From: Prorocentrum cordatum
Taxonomy: Eukaryota
Assembly: GCA_963575745.1 (NCBI GenBank)
Contig: CAUYUJ010000125.1
Location: 62,001 to 117,911, forward strand
Direction: 5' to 3'
Length of the DNA: 55,911 bases
Numbering within the stretch: position 1 is the stretch's first letter; the number at the start of each line of letters is the position of its first letter. The notes beneath the pieces are model-generated. The model was not told the DNA's origin, made no database searches, and saw only the letters and a program-made list of their open reading frames with translations. The translations under genes were made by a program, and so were the position numbers. This document shows positions 24,652 through 36,754 of the stretch, one piece after another.

Positions 24652-24700
24652 GTGATGCTAATTTTGCTGATCATGCTGATGATGGTGAGATGGATGAGCA
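23270..24700. repeat. Degenerate (GAT/GCT/GGT/GAC)n tract
   Basis: Visible; includes an internally duplicated motif gagaagga.gaggaggatacggagacgatgataa (about 23426 and 24369). Confidence 0.95.
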
Positions 24701-25216
24701 TACTAGCACAACTAATATTCGTAATACTCAGGCCAGCACTACTAGATCATAGTAAGGCGAATACTATTACGATGCATAATGACGACGATGCTGTAAGACA
24801 TATTGAAAGTCATGTTAGCAATAGTCAGTCTGTCCATGCCAATGATAACAGTACTAGTAAACATGATCGTAGTAAGACATACGATGAGTAAGAATAATAC
24901 GAACCGTACAAACACGAATACTAGCAATGCTACAAATGCTATTCGGAACCATCATACTTTTAAGATGGGGACGCTCCATAATAATAGCAGTAGGGAGAAT
25001 CCAATACTAAAAAACTATGAACAATACTAAGGATAACACTGATAACGACAATGATACGACGAATCATAGTTTGAATAGTGCTCAATAGGAATACCGTATA
25101 AGGTATGCGTACTAATATTATCAATGCTAGTAGTGTTTCTAGCAGCCATAACAACAACATTAAAGCGAACCTTAGTATTACGAGCAATAATAATAACACA
25201 ACTAATAATGATAATA

Positions 25217-25218
<2 letters not shown>

Positions 25219-25307
<89 letters not shown>

Positions 25308-25380
25308 GGAGGAGGAGGAGGAGGAGGAGGAGGAGGAGGAGGAGGAGGAGGAGGGAGGAGGAGGAGAAGGAGGAGGAGGA
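25219..25380. repeat. Pure (GAT)n followed by (GAG)n
   Basis: Visible run. Confidence 0.95.
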
Positions 25381-25492
25381 CTAGGAATTTGGGGGGAGGG
25401 GGTCGAGGTGGTGGGCGGAGGGACTGATGGGCGTCGTCAGCGAAGGCCTCCCGTGCACCGCCTTACCACCCGTCCCTCCGCCGTTCCGCGAG

Positions 25493-25546
25493 GTCCCTGC
25501 TGCGTTGACGGACCTCATCGGCAGCCTCAAGCTGGAAGTCTGCGAG
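25493..25546 (+). CDS. Candidate exon of an unknown gene
   Basis: GAG|G acceptor and GAG|GC donor bracket VPAALTDLIGSLKLEVCE with coding-like codons; no family recognised. Confidence 0.35.
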
Positions 25547-26422
25547 GCTCTCGGCCGCGGGGCCGCGGGGCGGCTGGTGTTCGGCGGCGCGCCAAGGGGG
25601 GAAGGCGGAGGGGGCGGGCCTTTTCAGAAAGCTCAGAAGGCCTTTTGCCTTATGGGAAGCTTCCTGAGCCTTCTCCGATGCCACGGACGGCTTCTCCGAA
25701 GTCGCGGGGACTTCTGAGAAATCCGCAGTCTTCTGTAAAGGTCAGCCCCCTCTTACTCCCCCCTGGCGCGCCACCGAGATTTGCTGGAAGAGGGAGATGG
25801 GGGACGATGACGACGATGATGATGGAGGGGCGGAGTGGATGGTGGAGGTGGAGGAGGAGACGGATGAGCAGGGGGGAGGAGGAAGAGGATGAACAGGATG
25901 AGACGGGTGCGTGGGAGGAGCAGGATGATGATGAGGGGGGAGGAGGAAAGGCGACGGAGGAGGTGGGGGTGGGAGAAGACCCCGGAGCACAGGAGTCACA
26001 GATTATGAGCAGGAGGAGCTTAGTCCTCTCCGCCCCCTCCTGCCTTCTCACCGCTCATCCGTGTGCCCCTGTCTCACCGCAGGGTGCCCCCCCACGCTCT
26101 GCCGCGGCCTTCCCGGCGTGGCCCAAGGACGGGCACTGCAGTCGGGTGAGGGCCCCGGGCTGCTTGCGCGCAGACAGCACTCCCAGGTAAGTCCCAGCTG
26201 GCCTCAATAGGCCCCCCCCGAGCAGTTCTGGGCGGTCTCAGCACCCTGGCGCCACCTCCGGCGGCGCCCCTGGGGCGCTCCGCGCCCGAATACTCGGGGC
26301 GCCTGTTGAGGCTAGCCAGGACTACCCCGAGGGCATCGGAGGGCTGTCTGTGCGCAACCCGAGGCCTCACCAAGGCAGACCGTTTCACCGCCTCCCCCCC
26401 TCTCCCTCTGCCCGACGCTTGC

Positions 26423-26560
26423 GCCAGGGCTCGAGGCAAACGTCGTTTTGGCGATGTCCCAGCCCGTTTTCGTTTCGACTTCGCCCCGCAGCGAAGACAG
26501 AACGAAGGGCATCGACAAAAAAAGCGAGCACGAAAGACATTGTTTGGCTCGAGCCCTGGC
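26423..26560. mobile_element. MITE-like element with TIRs
   Basis: gccagggctcgaggcaaac / gtttggctcgagccctggc inverted pair. Confidence 0.7.
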
Positions 26561-27185
26561 TTGCGCGCAGAAGAGGCTCCCTGGGGTCGTCGGGGTGAGA
26601 CTTTTGACTTCCGGTCTGGAGCTCGACCGTGCTCGGCCTGCCTGTCAGATTGGCGAGAGCCTGCAGCATCGGCAGAGGAGGAGGAGGAGGAGGAGGAGGA
26701 GGAGGAGGAGGAGGAGGCAGAGGAGGATGAGGTGCGGGAAACGGAAAAGAGCAAACCCAGACAAGGAGACACACGAGCCAGCATCCGCTGTCTTGACCCG
26801 GGGCCAGGAGAGAGGAACAGCAACCTGCAGCTACACGGGACCGAATATGGAATGGCAGTGCCTCTGAGATGAACGTTCTACGCACCTACTAGCAGCCCCG
26901 CTGGGGGGATTCCTCAGACCAGGTGGGGTACCGCAAATCGGGCAGGGCCCCTACATAGCACTCAAAGTGCACCGATCATGAGGTCGCAGTCCAAGTAATT
27001 CGTGATGTTGGCTGTCTGGCTGTTCTGGCGCAGCCAGAGAGGATGGAGAAGATTTGGTGATGGGGGACGAGGACTCGACAGATGTCACTAGCCAGTATTC
27101 GTATTCGAGTGATCCGCTGACTCAGGACTTCCAGGCCCGTCCAGGCCCAGCTCCATCTAGTTCCTCGTTATCCGCCTCGTCGAAG

Positions 27186-27844
27186 CACTTCAACTTGTGG
27201 CCCGACTCGTTAGACGCGCTGTGCGGCACGAAGGTGCCGCACAGCGCCACATGCGTCTGCGCCGCCCGCGTGTTCTTCTTGTCGCAGCCGCGGGGGCGAA
27301 GGAGGCGTGCCGCTTCTAGTGCTGCTTGCTGGACGAGGAGGAGGAGGAGGAGGAGGAGGAGGAGGAGGAGGAGGAGGAGGAGGAGGAGGAGGAGGAGGTA
27401 GGAGGAGGAGGAGGAGGAGGAGGAGGAGGAGGAGGAGGAGGAGGAGGAGGAGGAGGAGGAGGAGTGGTAGGGGGACGAGGAGGGTGAGAAGCCGGGTGAT
27501 GAGGGTGAGGAGGAGGAGGAGGAGGAGGAGGAGGATAAGGAAACAGGAGGAGGAGTAGGAGGAGGAGGCGAAGGTTCGACGCCCGCAGAGGGAAGTCCAA
27601 GGGGGGGAGAAAGGGAAAACCGGTGTGGGGTGCCCATCGAAGGAGACCTTTTTGCACCCAGCCGATGGTTCCATCCCCAGGGTCCTGGGCCCAGCCGACA
27701 GGGCACCCTACCCCTCGCAACGCTAGTCGAGGTCCGCTTCCTCGAGCTGCGCTGCTCTGCGATCTTGGGCTGCAGCACGGGCCTCAACGGCTCTTCGCCC
27801 CAGCTCTTCTGCGAAATCTCTGGGTTCGAAGCCGAACGCTTTGA
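27186..27844 (+). CDS. Candidate terminal exons of an unknown gene (about 27186-27233, 27630-27681, 27732-27844)
   Basis: HFNLWPDSLDALCGTK|VPIEGDLFAPSRWFHPQ, then via a 50-nt GT-AG intron GPLPRAALLCDLGLQHGPQRLFAPALLRNLWVRSRTL-stop (alternative frame VRFLELRCSAILG...). Boundary repeats GGTGCC and GGTCC. No homology recognised. Confidence 0.35.
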
Positions 27845-28025
27845 GCACAAGCTCCACACTCGGCATCGAGGGGGCCCGATGGCCCGAAAAAGCGGTCAAG
27901 GTGAGGGGACCTGGAGCTCGTCGAAAGAAATTCCAGGATCAGTGGGGTGGATGCGGTCCCTCAGGCGTTTTCCGACGGTGTGCGAAGACCCATTCTTCAA
28001 ACGTCGAGGACCCAAGGACGCGCGG

Positions 28026-28962
28026 GAGAAGGAGGATGAGGATGAGGAGGAGGAGGAGGAGGAGGCGGCGGAGGCGGAGGCGGAGGCGGAGGCGGAGGCG
28101 GAGGCGGAGGCGGAGGCAGAGGCGGAGGCGGAGGCGGAGGCGGAGGCGGAGGCGGAGGCGGAGGCGGAGGCGGAGGCGGAGGCGGAGGCCGAGGCGGAGG
28201 CGGAGGCGGAGGCGGAGGCGGAGGCGGAGGCGGAGGCGGAGGCGGAGGCGGAGGCGGAGGCGGAGGCCGAGGCCGAGGCGGAGGCGGAGGCGGAGGAGGA
28301 GGCGGAGGCGGAGGCGGAGGCGGAGGCGGAGGTGGCCGAGGCGGAGGAGGAGGAGGAGGAGGAGGGAGGAGGAGGAGGAGGAGGAGGAGGAGGAGGAGGA
28401 GGAGGAGGAGGAGGAGGAGGAGGAGGAGGAGGAGGAGGAGGAGGAGGAGGAGCGGAGGAGAGAGGAGGAGGGGAGGAGGAGGGGGGCGGAGGCGGATGAT
28501 GATGATGATGATGATGAGGATGAGGAGAGGAGGAGGAGGAGGAGAGGAGGAGGAGGGGAGGAGGAGGAGGAGGAGGAGGAGGGAGGAAGGAGGAGGAGGG
28601 GGGGGGGAGGAGGAGGGGAGGAGGAGGAGGAGGAGGAGGGGGAGGAGGAGGAGGAGGAGGAGGAGGAGGAGGAGGAGGAGGAGGAGGAGGAGGAGGAGGA
28701 GGCGGAGGAGGAGGAGGAGGAGGAGGAGGAGGAGGCGGAGGAGGCGGAGGAGGAGGAGGAGGCGGGAGGAGGGGAGGAGGGCGGAGGAGGAGGAGGAGGT
28801 GGAGGAGGAGGAGAAGGAGGAGAGGTGGGAGGAGGCGGAGGAGGTAGGTGGAGGAGGAGGAGGAGGAGGAGGAAGGAGGAGGAGGAGGAGGAGGGGAGGA
28901 GGGGGGAGGGGGGGAGGGGAGGAGGAGAGGAGGGAGGAGGAGGGAGGAGGAGGACGAGGAGG
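28026..28962. repeat. (GAGGCG)n hexamer array (about 28066-28345) within a (GAG)n tract
   Basis: Visible runs. Confidence 0.95.
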
Positions 28963-29190
28963 CAATCCGCAGCCGTTTCGGCCCGAGCCGCCGCCCGCAG
29001 GGGAGCAGCGCGTCGTGCCTCCCACCGCAATGGGCTCTGGCGGACTGCACCGCCCCGCGGGCCATGAGCAGCGAGGCGCTGCGGAGTGCTCAGCGCGGGA
29101 GCTGCCAGGGGTGTCGCCGGCCCAGGGTGTTCCCAACTCTTCGCGATCGACACGTGCTGATGCTGCTCCGGGAACCGATAATGTCAGTTC

Positions 29191-29401
29191 AGGGGCAACG
29201 ATAGGGGGGGGTAGGGATAGGGGGGGATGCATCGACCCCCCAATCGCCCATGGATCGCCGAGAGGGGCCCGATAGGCCCACCCCGCCCAGGAAGGTGCGG
29301 ACTCGCTATCGGGGGCCTATCGCCGATCAATCGGCGATGTATCGCCGATTCCAGGTCGATGCATCCCCCCCTGTGCCTACCCCGCCCCTATCGTTGCCCC
29401 T
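29191..29401. mobile_element. Palindromic MITE-like element
   Basis: aggggcaacgatagggg...ggggatgcatcgacc / ggtcgatgcatcccc...cccctatcgttgcccct. Confidence 0.8.
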
Positions 29402-30394
29402 CATAATGATGTCAGCCAGCGTGGGGCCCAAGCAGTGAGTTCTTTTCGGCGGCGAGCCCGGGGGAGATGTGAGAAGCGGCGGGCCTCAGAGGGCTCGGAA
29501 GCGGGCCTTCCGAGACGTTCCCCGAGCATTCACCGGAAACGCATACATTTTCTCAGAGGGCGCGAGGGCTTCTGAGAAATCCCGCCGGTTTCTGAGACGG
29601 CCTTCTCACTCTGATTTCCCCTCTGGCCTTGCCGCCGATTTTGCGATGCAAAAGTGAGATATCAGCGGGGTGAGCTATGTGGTGCCATTTTTGCTGTGCA
29701 AGCCATGCGGAGCAAACGAAGTGGTGTGAGCTATAGTTATGGAAGCTATGCCTGTGAGTTCTTTGGTGCTGTGTTGTGTAAGCCGTGTGGTGTGAGCTGT
29801 GTTCATTCACACTGTCAGCGCCGATGACTGGGCTAGCACCGTTTCGCGAGCTGACTGCAACACTCGGACAGACAACACACTGCGGCTCGATGTCCCTGCC
29901 TCCGTAGCGGTCCGAGAGCCCCCACCCCTTGCGGAGGCCTCAGCCGACAGACGTGCACACGTCCCTGCCTGAGGCCCACGACCGCCGACGAGCGGGGAGG
30001 GTCGAAGGGCGAGTGAAACGAGAGCAACACGCGAAATAGAGGATGAGGAGGACGGATGAACATGCGACTAGCTGCTAGCTGGTGACATGCTGATGCCTAC
30101 CACCAGTGCAAGAGAAGACTCCCAAGAACTCGCCTGCCTCATGGATGGCAGCAGGCGTGAGGCTACTGCCCAATCTCTTCCCTCAGTTCACTCACCGAGA
30201 AGCTACACCCGATGCCACCGTAGACTTCGATAATATCGTACACTACGTAGACTATGAGGCTTGCTTCAGTAGAGGACGGGTCATCGTGAGAAGAAGAGTA
30301 ATAATAAGAAGAATAATAATAATAAGAAGCATAATAATACTAATAATAATAATAATACTAATAATGATAATAATAAGAAGAAGAAGACGCACCG

Positions 30395-30934
30395 TCGGGG
30401 CTGCCATCCGCCGTCGTCATCATGGAGTTGACCTCTTCGCCGCTCTCGAGGAGCTCGTTATCGAAGGCCATGCCGCTCGGGGTGGTCATCGCAACGCCTT
30501 TGGTCTCGTTGGCCATTCCAGTCGAAAGTGTACTTCACGTCAACGGCATGGCTCGAACCAGCCCCGCCCCAGCACGGACCGAGTGGAACTCGTCGAGGCC
30601 CTCAGGGATCTTCTCCGCGTTCATCGTCCCGGAGTGAACCTCGCTGCCGCTCTCGGGGGACGGACACGTTGCTCGGGAGGGTGATCTCGACGCCATTGGA
30701 TTCGGCGAGGTCGTCGTACTGCGTGCTCTCGGGCACACCCATCTCGGTCGCCTTGGTCTGCTCGGCCGCCGTTGGACCGTTGTCCGAGCCGAGCCTGCCG
30801 TCGGGGACCTCGTCGGCGGTCACGACCTTGAAGTCAACACCACTGCCGCCCGCGGGGAGATCGTCCCCGTTGGCCACGGCGCTCGGAAGGATCATCTCGA
30901 CGCCCTTAGCCTTGGCGAGCTCCTCTAGCGTTTC
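30395..30934 (-). pseudogene. pgk: Rearranged phosphoglycerate kinase-derived fragment
   Basis: Minus strand reads LEELAKAKGVEMILPSAVANGDDLPAGGSGVDFKVVTADEVPDGRLGSDNGPTAAEQTKA-TEMGVPE, matching PGK AKAKGV.IILP.D....D.F......KVV.ADEIPDGWLGLD.GP ... MGVFE, with the intervening (V/I)WNGP segment deleted. A second LAESNGVEITLPS...AEKIPEG copy follows after a frameshift. Intronless. Confidence 0.7.
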
Positions 30935-31201
30935 CTGCCGTTGGACACCGCAGACTCCTTCAGACTGGGTACATCGTCTTCGTACTTCGAGTTATGGTGT
31001 CGGGCATGCGTACGCCTGATACGCGCTCGGCGCCTCCAAGAAGCGGAGGTCGCACACGCAGACTGCACACCGCAGTCCAGGGCCAGTTCCAGAGGTGGCC
31101 CCCGCCTTGGACCAGTGCCCAAGCATCGGAGGCGGGGTGGGGACTGTGCAAGGGAAGGCGCGATCAATCCTGAAGCGTCGGGTTGCTGCCTCATTGCTAC
31201 G

Positions 31202-31217
31202 CTTGAGCCGAGGTGGC
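31202..31217 (-). other. Probable relict dinoflagellate spliced leader
   Basis: Minus strand GCCACCTCGGCTCAAG vs DinoSL 3' end GCCATTTTGGCTCAAG (13/16, all mismatches T>C), followed 7 nt later by ATG (31194) in a GCAATG context. Confidence 0.55.
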
Positions 31218-31676
31218 AGCTGTGTGAGCTGTGCCGTGTAAGCTACACGGTGGGACACGTGGTGTGCTCTATGCAGCGTGAGCTCTGCGATGTGACTTAT
31301 GTGGTGTGAGCTATGCTGTGTACGCTTTGCGGTGCAAGCTATGCGGCGTGAGCCACTTTTGTGGAACTCGGTTAATGGAGAGGAAACATGCTGCAATATC
31401 ATTTCCAGATGTCTAAACCGTGGTTCAAACATGTTTCAAACATGCAACACATGTTTGAATTGTTTTGAGAACATGTTTTACACATGTTAATCGATGCCGA
31501 ATTCAATGATAGGATTTTTTGCAGTATCGATTGTCATGGCATCCACGGAGCTGCTTATGTTGTGTAAGCTGCGTTGCCCACCCAGGGCACGGCGCGCCCA
31601 CGATGCGAAGCCTCGGCGGACCCACTCAGGGCACGGGGCGCCCACGAGGCGCCCACGGGCGGGCATGAGTGCAAGC

Positions 31677-31887
31677 CTCCTCCTCCTCCTCCTCCTCCTC
31701 CTCCTCCCCCTCCTTCTCCTCCTCCTCCTCCTCCCCCTCCTCCTCCTCCTCCTCCTCCTCCCCCTCCTCCTCCTCCTCCCTCCTCCTCCTCCTCCTCCCC
31801 CCTCCTCCTCCTCCTCCTCCTCCTCTCCTCCTCCTCCTCCTCCCCCCCTCCTCCTCCTCCTCCTCCTCCTCCTCCTTCTCCTCCTCT
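31677..31887. repeat. (CCT)n microsatellite
   Basis: Visible run. Confidence 0.95.
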
Positions 31888-32314
31888 TATGGGGAACCCA
31901 AGAGCAGTAAACATCCGGGGGGGTCCTTGTGCCAGGGACACCCGCGGCAAACTCAGTCGTCCAGCTTTAGCGTCGGAGACTGCCGGAAACGGCCGAAGGC
32001 AGCCGAACGATAGCCGAAGGCCGCCCAAGGCCGATGGGCTCACAGGGGGTCAGTGGTCGAGGGGCTGGAAGCCACAATGGACCCCTCGCGCCAGGAGTCT
32101 GCGGCCAGCCCACAGGGGTTCCGAGCTGCAGTGGACCCCACGGGGGCCCTGGCGACTCGCAAGCAGCGTGCATGTCAAGATGCTGGCCCAAAGATCATTG
32201 CATTCTCCATCGAGGCCGATGGGGTAGCAGGGGTCCGTGGCCGAAGACTTACCAGTAGGCGATCTCCTACGTGTTTGACGCAGCCCAGAATTTAAAATGC
32301 TAGTCGCAGCTGCA

Positions 32315-32608
32315 ATGTGTATATATTTGTGTGTATGTATACATACCGATATTTTGCATATGTATGTGTGTAGGTGTACTTGCGTATGCAATTATATTCA
32401 CATTCATATTCATATGTCTATGCATATGTGTCTGTTGATGTATATGTTTGCACATATGTGTGTATGTATGTCTGTATGCATGTGTGCATGTATGCATATA
32501 TATATATATATATATGTAAATGTACGTATGCATGCATGCATTGTGTGTATGTATGTCTGTATGCATGCATGCATTAATGAATGTATGTATGCATGCATGC
32601 ATGTATGT
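32315..32608. repeat. Degenerate (TATG/TGCA/TA)n alternating purine-pyrimidine tract
   Basis: Visible. Confidence 0.9.
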
Positions 32609-33970
32609 GAGGAAGTCTCAAGAGGACCCCAACAGAGCCCCAACAAAACCCCAATATAGTCGAAACTATCCTCCAATTGGCTCTTGCGACAAAGGATCCG
32701 CGTTGGCTTCCTCCTCCTCCTCCTCCTCTTCCTCTTGCTCCTTTCATCCTGCTGCGCTACTGATATCCAAATTGCGCGTCGCATCACTTGCGCGCCATCT
32801 TCGCCCGAGATGCGCGTCATCCTGGCTTCCCGCCTCGCCGCTCCCACGTGGTCATGGGTCTTGATACGTCGTCCTTCCCTGCGCGTTCCGATCTCGCACG
32901 CCTGCTCCGATTCCCGCTTTTATTTTTCGGCCCAGCGCCGTAGTAGTAAGACATTCACTGCGTACGTGTGGAACAGTCCGCATGCGGTTCCTGCGCCCAG
33001 GACTGCGCTTCGTGGCCCCATGGGGAGCTCCACTGAATGTCCCAGTGGCGCAGTCCGCATGCGGTTCCTGCGCCCAGTACAGCGCTTCGTGGTCCCAGAG
33101 GGAACTCCACGGACAACGGTACCCACAACCGCGGTACCCACTAGCGCATATGGTTGGCTTCATCGCCAGGCTAATTCGGCCCACGGGGCTCCCAGGAGGC
33201 GGCCGGTCTTCTGTGCGGCCCGTTTGTCTTGGCCCATTGGGTTCTTGTGCGTCCTGGTGCGCGGCCGGATGGGTCTTACCGCGGCCCGCGCTGACCATTC
33301 AATTAAGAGTAGTATGCAACCAGGTTTTTGTTCCATAGCTCTGGAAGTCCTGGCAACCCTTCTGGGCTGCGTTGCCGTCCAGGAAAAAAAGGTGGCCGCA
33401 CAAAAGGACCATGTGGAGGCGCGTCGAAAGCAAGCTAGTAGTAGTTGTGTCAATCTTCTATGTAGCATTCAAACAACAACTTTTGAAACAACGTGATAAG
33501 CCCACGTGCATATCCAAGGGTATGTGCAGCGCTGGATTTTTTGTAGAAAAAAAACGGGTTCGAAACAATCGTCTTCCTGAGCACCACGGTCATCATCATA
33601 TTCATCCTCATCGTCCCCGTCATGATCATCATCCCTCGTCTTGCACTGTCCTCATCACCGTGTCCCCCGTGTTCCTTCTCCTGGCTCCTCACTCCTACCT
33701 TTTCCCGCTCCTCCTCTTCCTCCTCGTTGTTCATTGTTCCTCCTGTCCCTCCGCTCCTTCCGCTGCAGGTTCCTGCTGCTCCCTTTCCTGCTTGCTTTTC
33801 CTGCTGCCTACTTTTATATCGGCTCTTCCTGCTGCATGATCCTCCTGCCTCCTCCTCCTCCTCCTCCTCCTCTTCCTCCCATTCTCCTCCTCGCCTCCTC
33901 CACATCATCCACCTCTACATCCTCCTACCCCCGACTGCTCCTCCTCCTCCTCCTCTTCAACGACAAACCC

Positions 33971-36752
33971 TCAGGCAGGGACGCGCACGATTGGTAACTG
34001 CGGAGCGCGGCACGGCACGCTGAACATGTGGTGCCACGCGCTGTGGCCAGAGCTGATAGCTTCGACTGCCGCGGATCGGAGCTTTCTCTGGAACTGTCTC
34101 GCAGAGGGGCAATCGACGAAATGTTGCGGAAGATGCTTGAAAATACACACCACACCGAAAATGGACCTGCACATCATTGGATGCATGCTGGGTTCAACTG
34201 TATCACGCAGCGCCCTGTTGCGCATGCGCCTTACTCCACCAAAGCCGTGGCTTTCCAGGTTGCCCGTCATGGGAGGGAAAAGTGCACAGAATACAGGGGG
34301 AGCGATGCCGTGAGCAACTTTGTGCAACAAGCCTAAGATAGACAAGTCCCGTCTCATACATGCCGGGGCGAGGCTGTAATCACAAAGGGCCTTCTCTTCG
34401 GAGACCCCGAGCGCCTGCAAAAACTCACCCTGCAAGCCGTCTAACGGAGCTAAGACAGTATCAGTTGCATGAAAGATTGCTGGGACTGCGCCGTCCACGA
34501 ATGAGACAACATGGCACTTGAACAGCCTGAAGAGCTCAGCTGTGCTGTAGAACTTGCTAGACCGAAGCAGCGCACGGAGCCGCCAAGAGGCTTCGCGAGC
34601 AAACTCTTGGACGGCACGATACGTGGTCAACCTGGGGTCGAAGAGTACGCCGAGGGTCTTGAAATCGTCCCCGCAGGGCCGGCACTTGTCGAGAATGTGC
34701 CTGCTCTCTGTGGTCGCCTCGAGAATCACCTGGTTGGCCGCGCCACCATTGTGAAGCGTGGACTGGCACTGGCGGCACGCAGCGAGGATAGAAGAATTTG
34801 TGGCCACACCGTCGAGCTCTTTCCAGCAGTTGAGGTCGTCAGCGAAAACGCACTCCGTGAAATCGGCCGCATGCACAGCAAGTTCGGCATCACCATAAAA
34901 CACATCCCACAACGGTGGCCCCAGGACCGTGCCTTGGAGCACCATGTCTTGAAGCGAGAAAGGCTTGGAGAGGAGTCCGTCCACGCTGACATGCGCCTGT
35001 CTCACTGAAAGCCAAGACCGAATGACGTCCAGAAGGGGCGCGCACACTCCCGACGCACGTAATTTAGCCATGAGGCGGTCAGAGTTGACCCTGTCGAACG
35101 CTCCGGCCACGTCCGAGCAGTACACCCCCACGCGCCGACCATTGCAGACAGCACGAATCCAACTACGCACCATGTAATTATGCCAAAGCGTCGCTGTATC
35201 CCCGGTTCGTGTGATAAGCGAATTGGTGGCCCCCGTATGCTCCACTGGTCTCGAAGAAAGGAAGCAGCACGCTAGCAAAGCAACGCTCGACGACTTTGCT
35301 GAGTTGGGATGTGAGGTGAATTCCACGGAAATTCGATGGATTCGAACGCACGTATCTCCTGAACAGCGGGTGCAGCCAATGAAGCTTCCATGATTCGGGC
35401 CACTCGCCGCTATCCAAAATCAAGCGTGCAAGCATGGCAATAGGAGTAGCTAGCTGCGAGGCGCATTTCTTCATAATCCGACATGATAGCCAATCGGGGC
35501 CAGTGCAGCTGTCTTCCCGCAGCCTGCACAGGACACGCGAAACCGCACGGGAACGTATCGGCATGAAGCTGGTCATCGAGAGCGTGCTGCTCATATGTGT
35601 GGAAGAGAACGTGTTGTAGACCTCAGGCGGAAGACCAAACTTATCACTGAAAGTATCTGGGAACATATTGGCCTTACCACGAGCAGACAAGGCCCACGAC
35701 CCACTCTTCGACTGCAGCGGGGGTATACCAACTGACCCCTTGCCAGCACGAAGAAGTAACGAATCACATAATGACCACCATTTCTTGCGCGATGGCCGCA
35801 AGTCCAACATACGCTCCCGAGTTCACTGAACGTACTCGTCGTAATGACGGCGGAGGCCTGCAGAGCACTCGTCCCGTCGACGTTCAAAATTCGGTGTCCC
35901 ATATGCTTCAACTTTTCTCCTGATGAGCTCCACGCACGCCTCGTTGATCCACGGGTGGGTGGACTTCAGGGCGACGGCGGCGAAAGTCGTGATGAACTTT
36001 TTCGCCGTATCGAGAATGCGACCTGTGAGTTTGGTTGCAGCAGCTGTTGCAGAGCAGGATGCGAACAGCGATTTCCAATCCATGTTCTGCAACTCGGCAC
36101 GAAGCTGGGGCCACTATGCATGTTGAAATAACCACTGCTCGCGGACAATTGGTGAAGAACGCTGCACGCGCATGGCAAAAGACACGTGTACCAAATTATG
36201 ATCGTGCTCATTGATGGGCGGGAGGACTTTGCACGACAGGCCGGAAGACACATCCGTCAAGACAAGATCCAACAAATTGTGGCCCCTGGTGGGTTTCCCG
36301 ACTTTCTCCCGTAGGCCCATGCGGCTGCAAGTGTCGAGCAGGACCCGGCCCTCTTTACATGCGCCCTGTGAGGAGAAACGCAACCACTGGCTGTGATGCA
36401 CGTTCATGTCGCCCATAACAATGGTGCCCGCGATCTGATGCTGGTAGCCGCGCCACTCCTCCAATAGACTGTGGATAGTGTGGACCTCTCCCTGCGCAGG
36501 AGGCCGGTACCAAAGAGCTAGCAACATCGGACCGATATTCGTGTGGATTATGTGCCAAGACCGCTCCGCATCAAGAGAATCGCCAACATGGACGACGCAA
36601 TTCTTGGAATATTCACGCGCGAACAATATGATGCCTCCACCTCGTCTGCCGTCGCGGCGGTCGAGGCGCGGTACGACAGTGTAGCCCTGCAACAAAGTTT
36701 CCGTAACAGACCTGTCTGACTAAGACTCGGTGGTTGCCACGATATCGGGCCT
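33971..36752 (-). mobile_element. Degenerate 5'-truncated LINE (APE endonuclease plus reverse transcriptase)
   Basis: APE motifs RPDIVATTES*, RLDRRDGRRGGGI, WYRPP, MGDMNVHH, PTRGHNLLDLVLT, DHNLV (36114-36752). RT motifs TGPDWL, WK, NPSNFRGIHLTS, DVAGAFDRV, QGTVLGP, FADDL, TLGVLFD (33971-35810). Frameshifts and stops split ORF2. Confidence 0.93.
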
Positions 36753-36754
36753 CG

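Noticed and set aside
26538..26553. SL-like cattgtttggctcgag
   Set aside because: It is one arm of the TIR of the 26423-26560 element.
27841..29275. Poly-Arg/Glu/Gly/Pro/Ser and (EA)n ORFs
   Set aside because: Translations of (GAG)n and (GAGGCG)n; the same applies to ORFs over 1.3-1.8, 3.3-3.5, 12.9-13.5 and 15.4-17.5 kb.
29686..29707. SL-like gccatttttgctgtgcaagccatg
   Set aside because: Needs a 3-nt insertion and lies within the tgtgagct/gtaagcc repeat array, which explains it.
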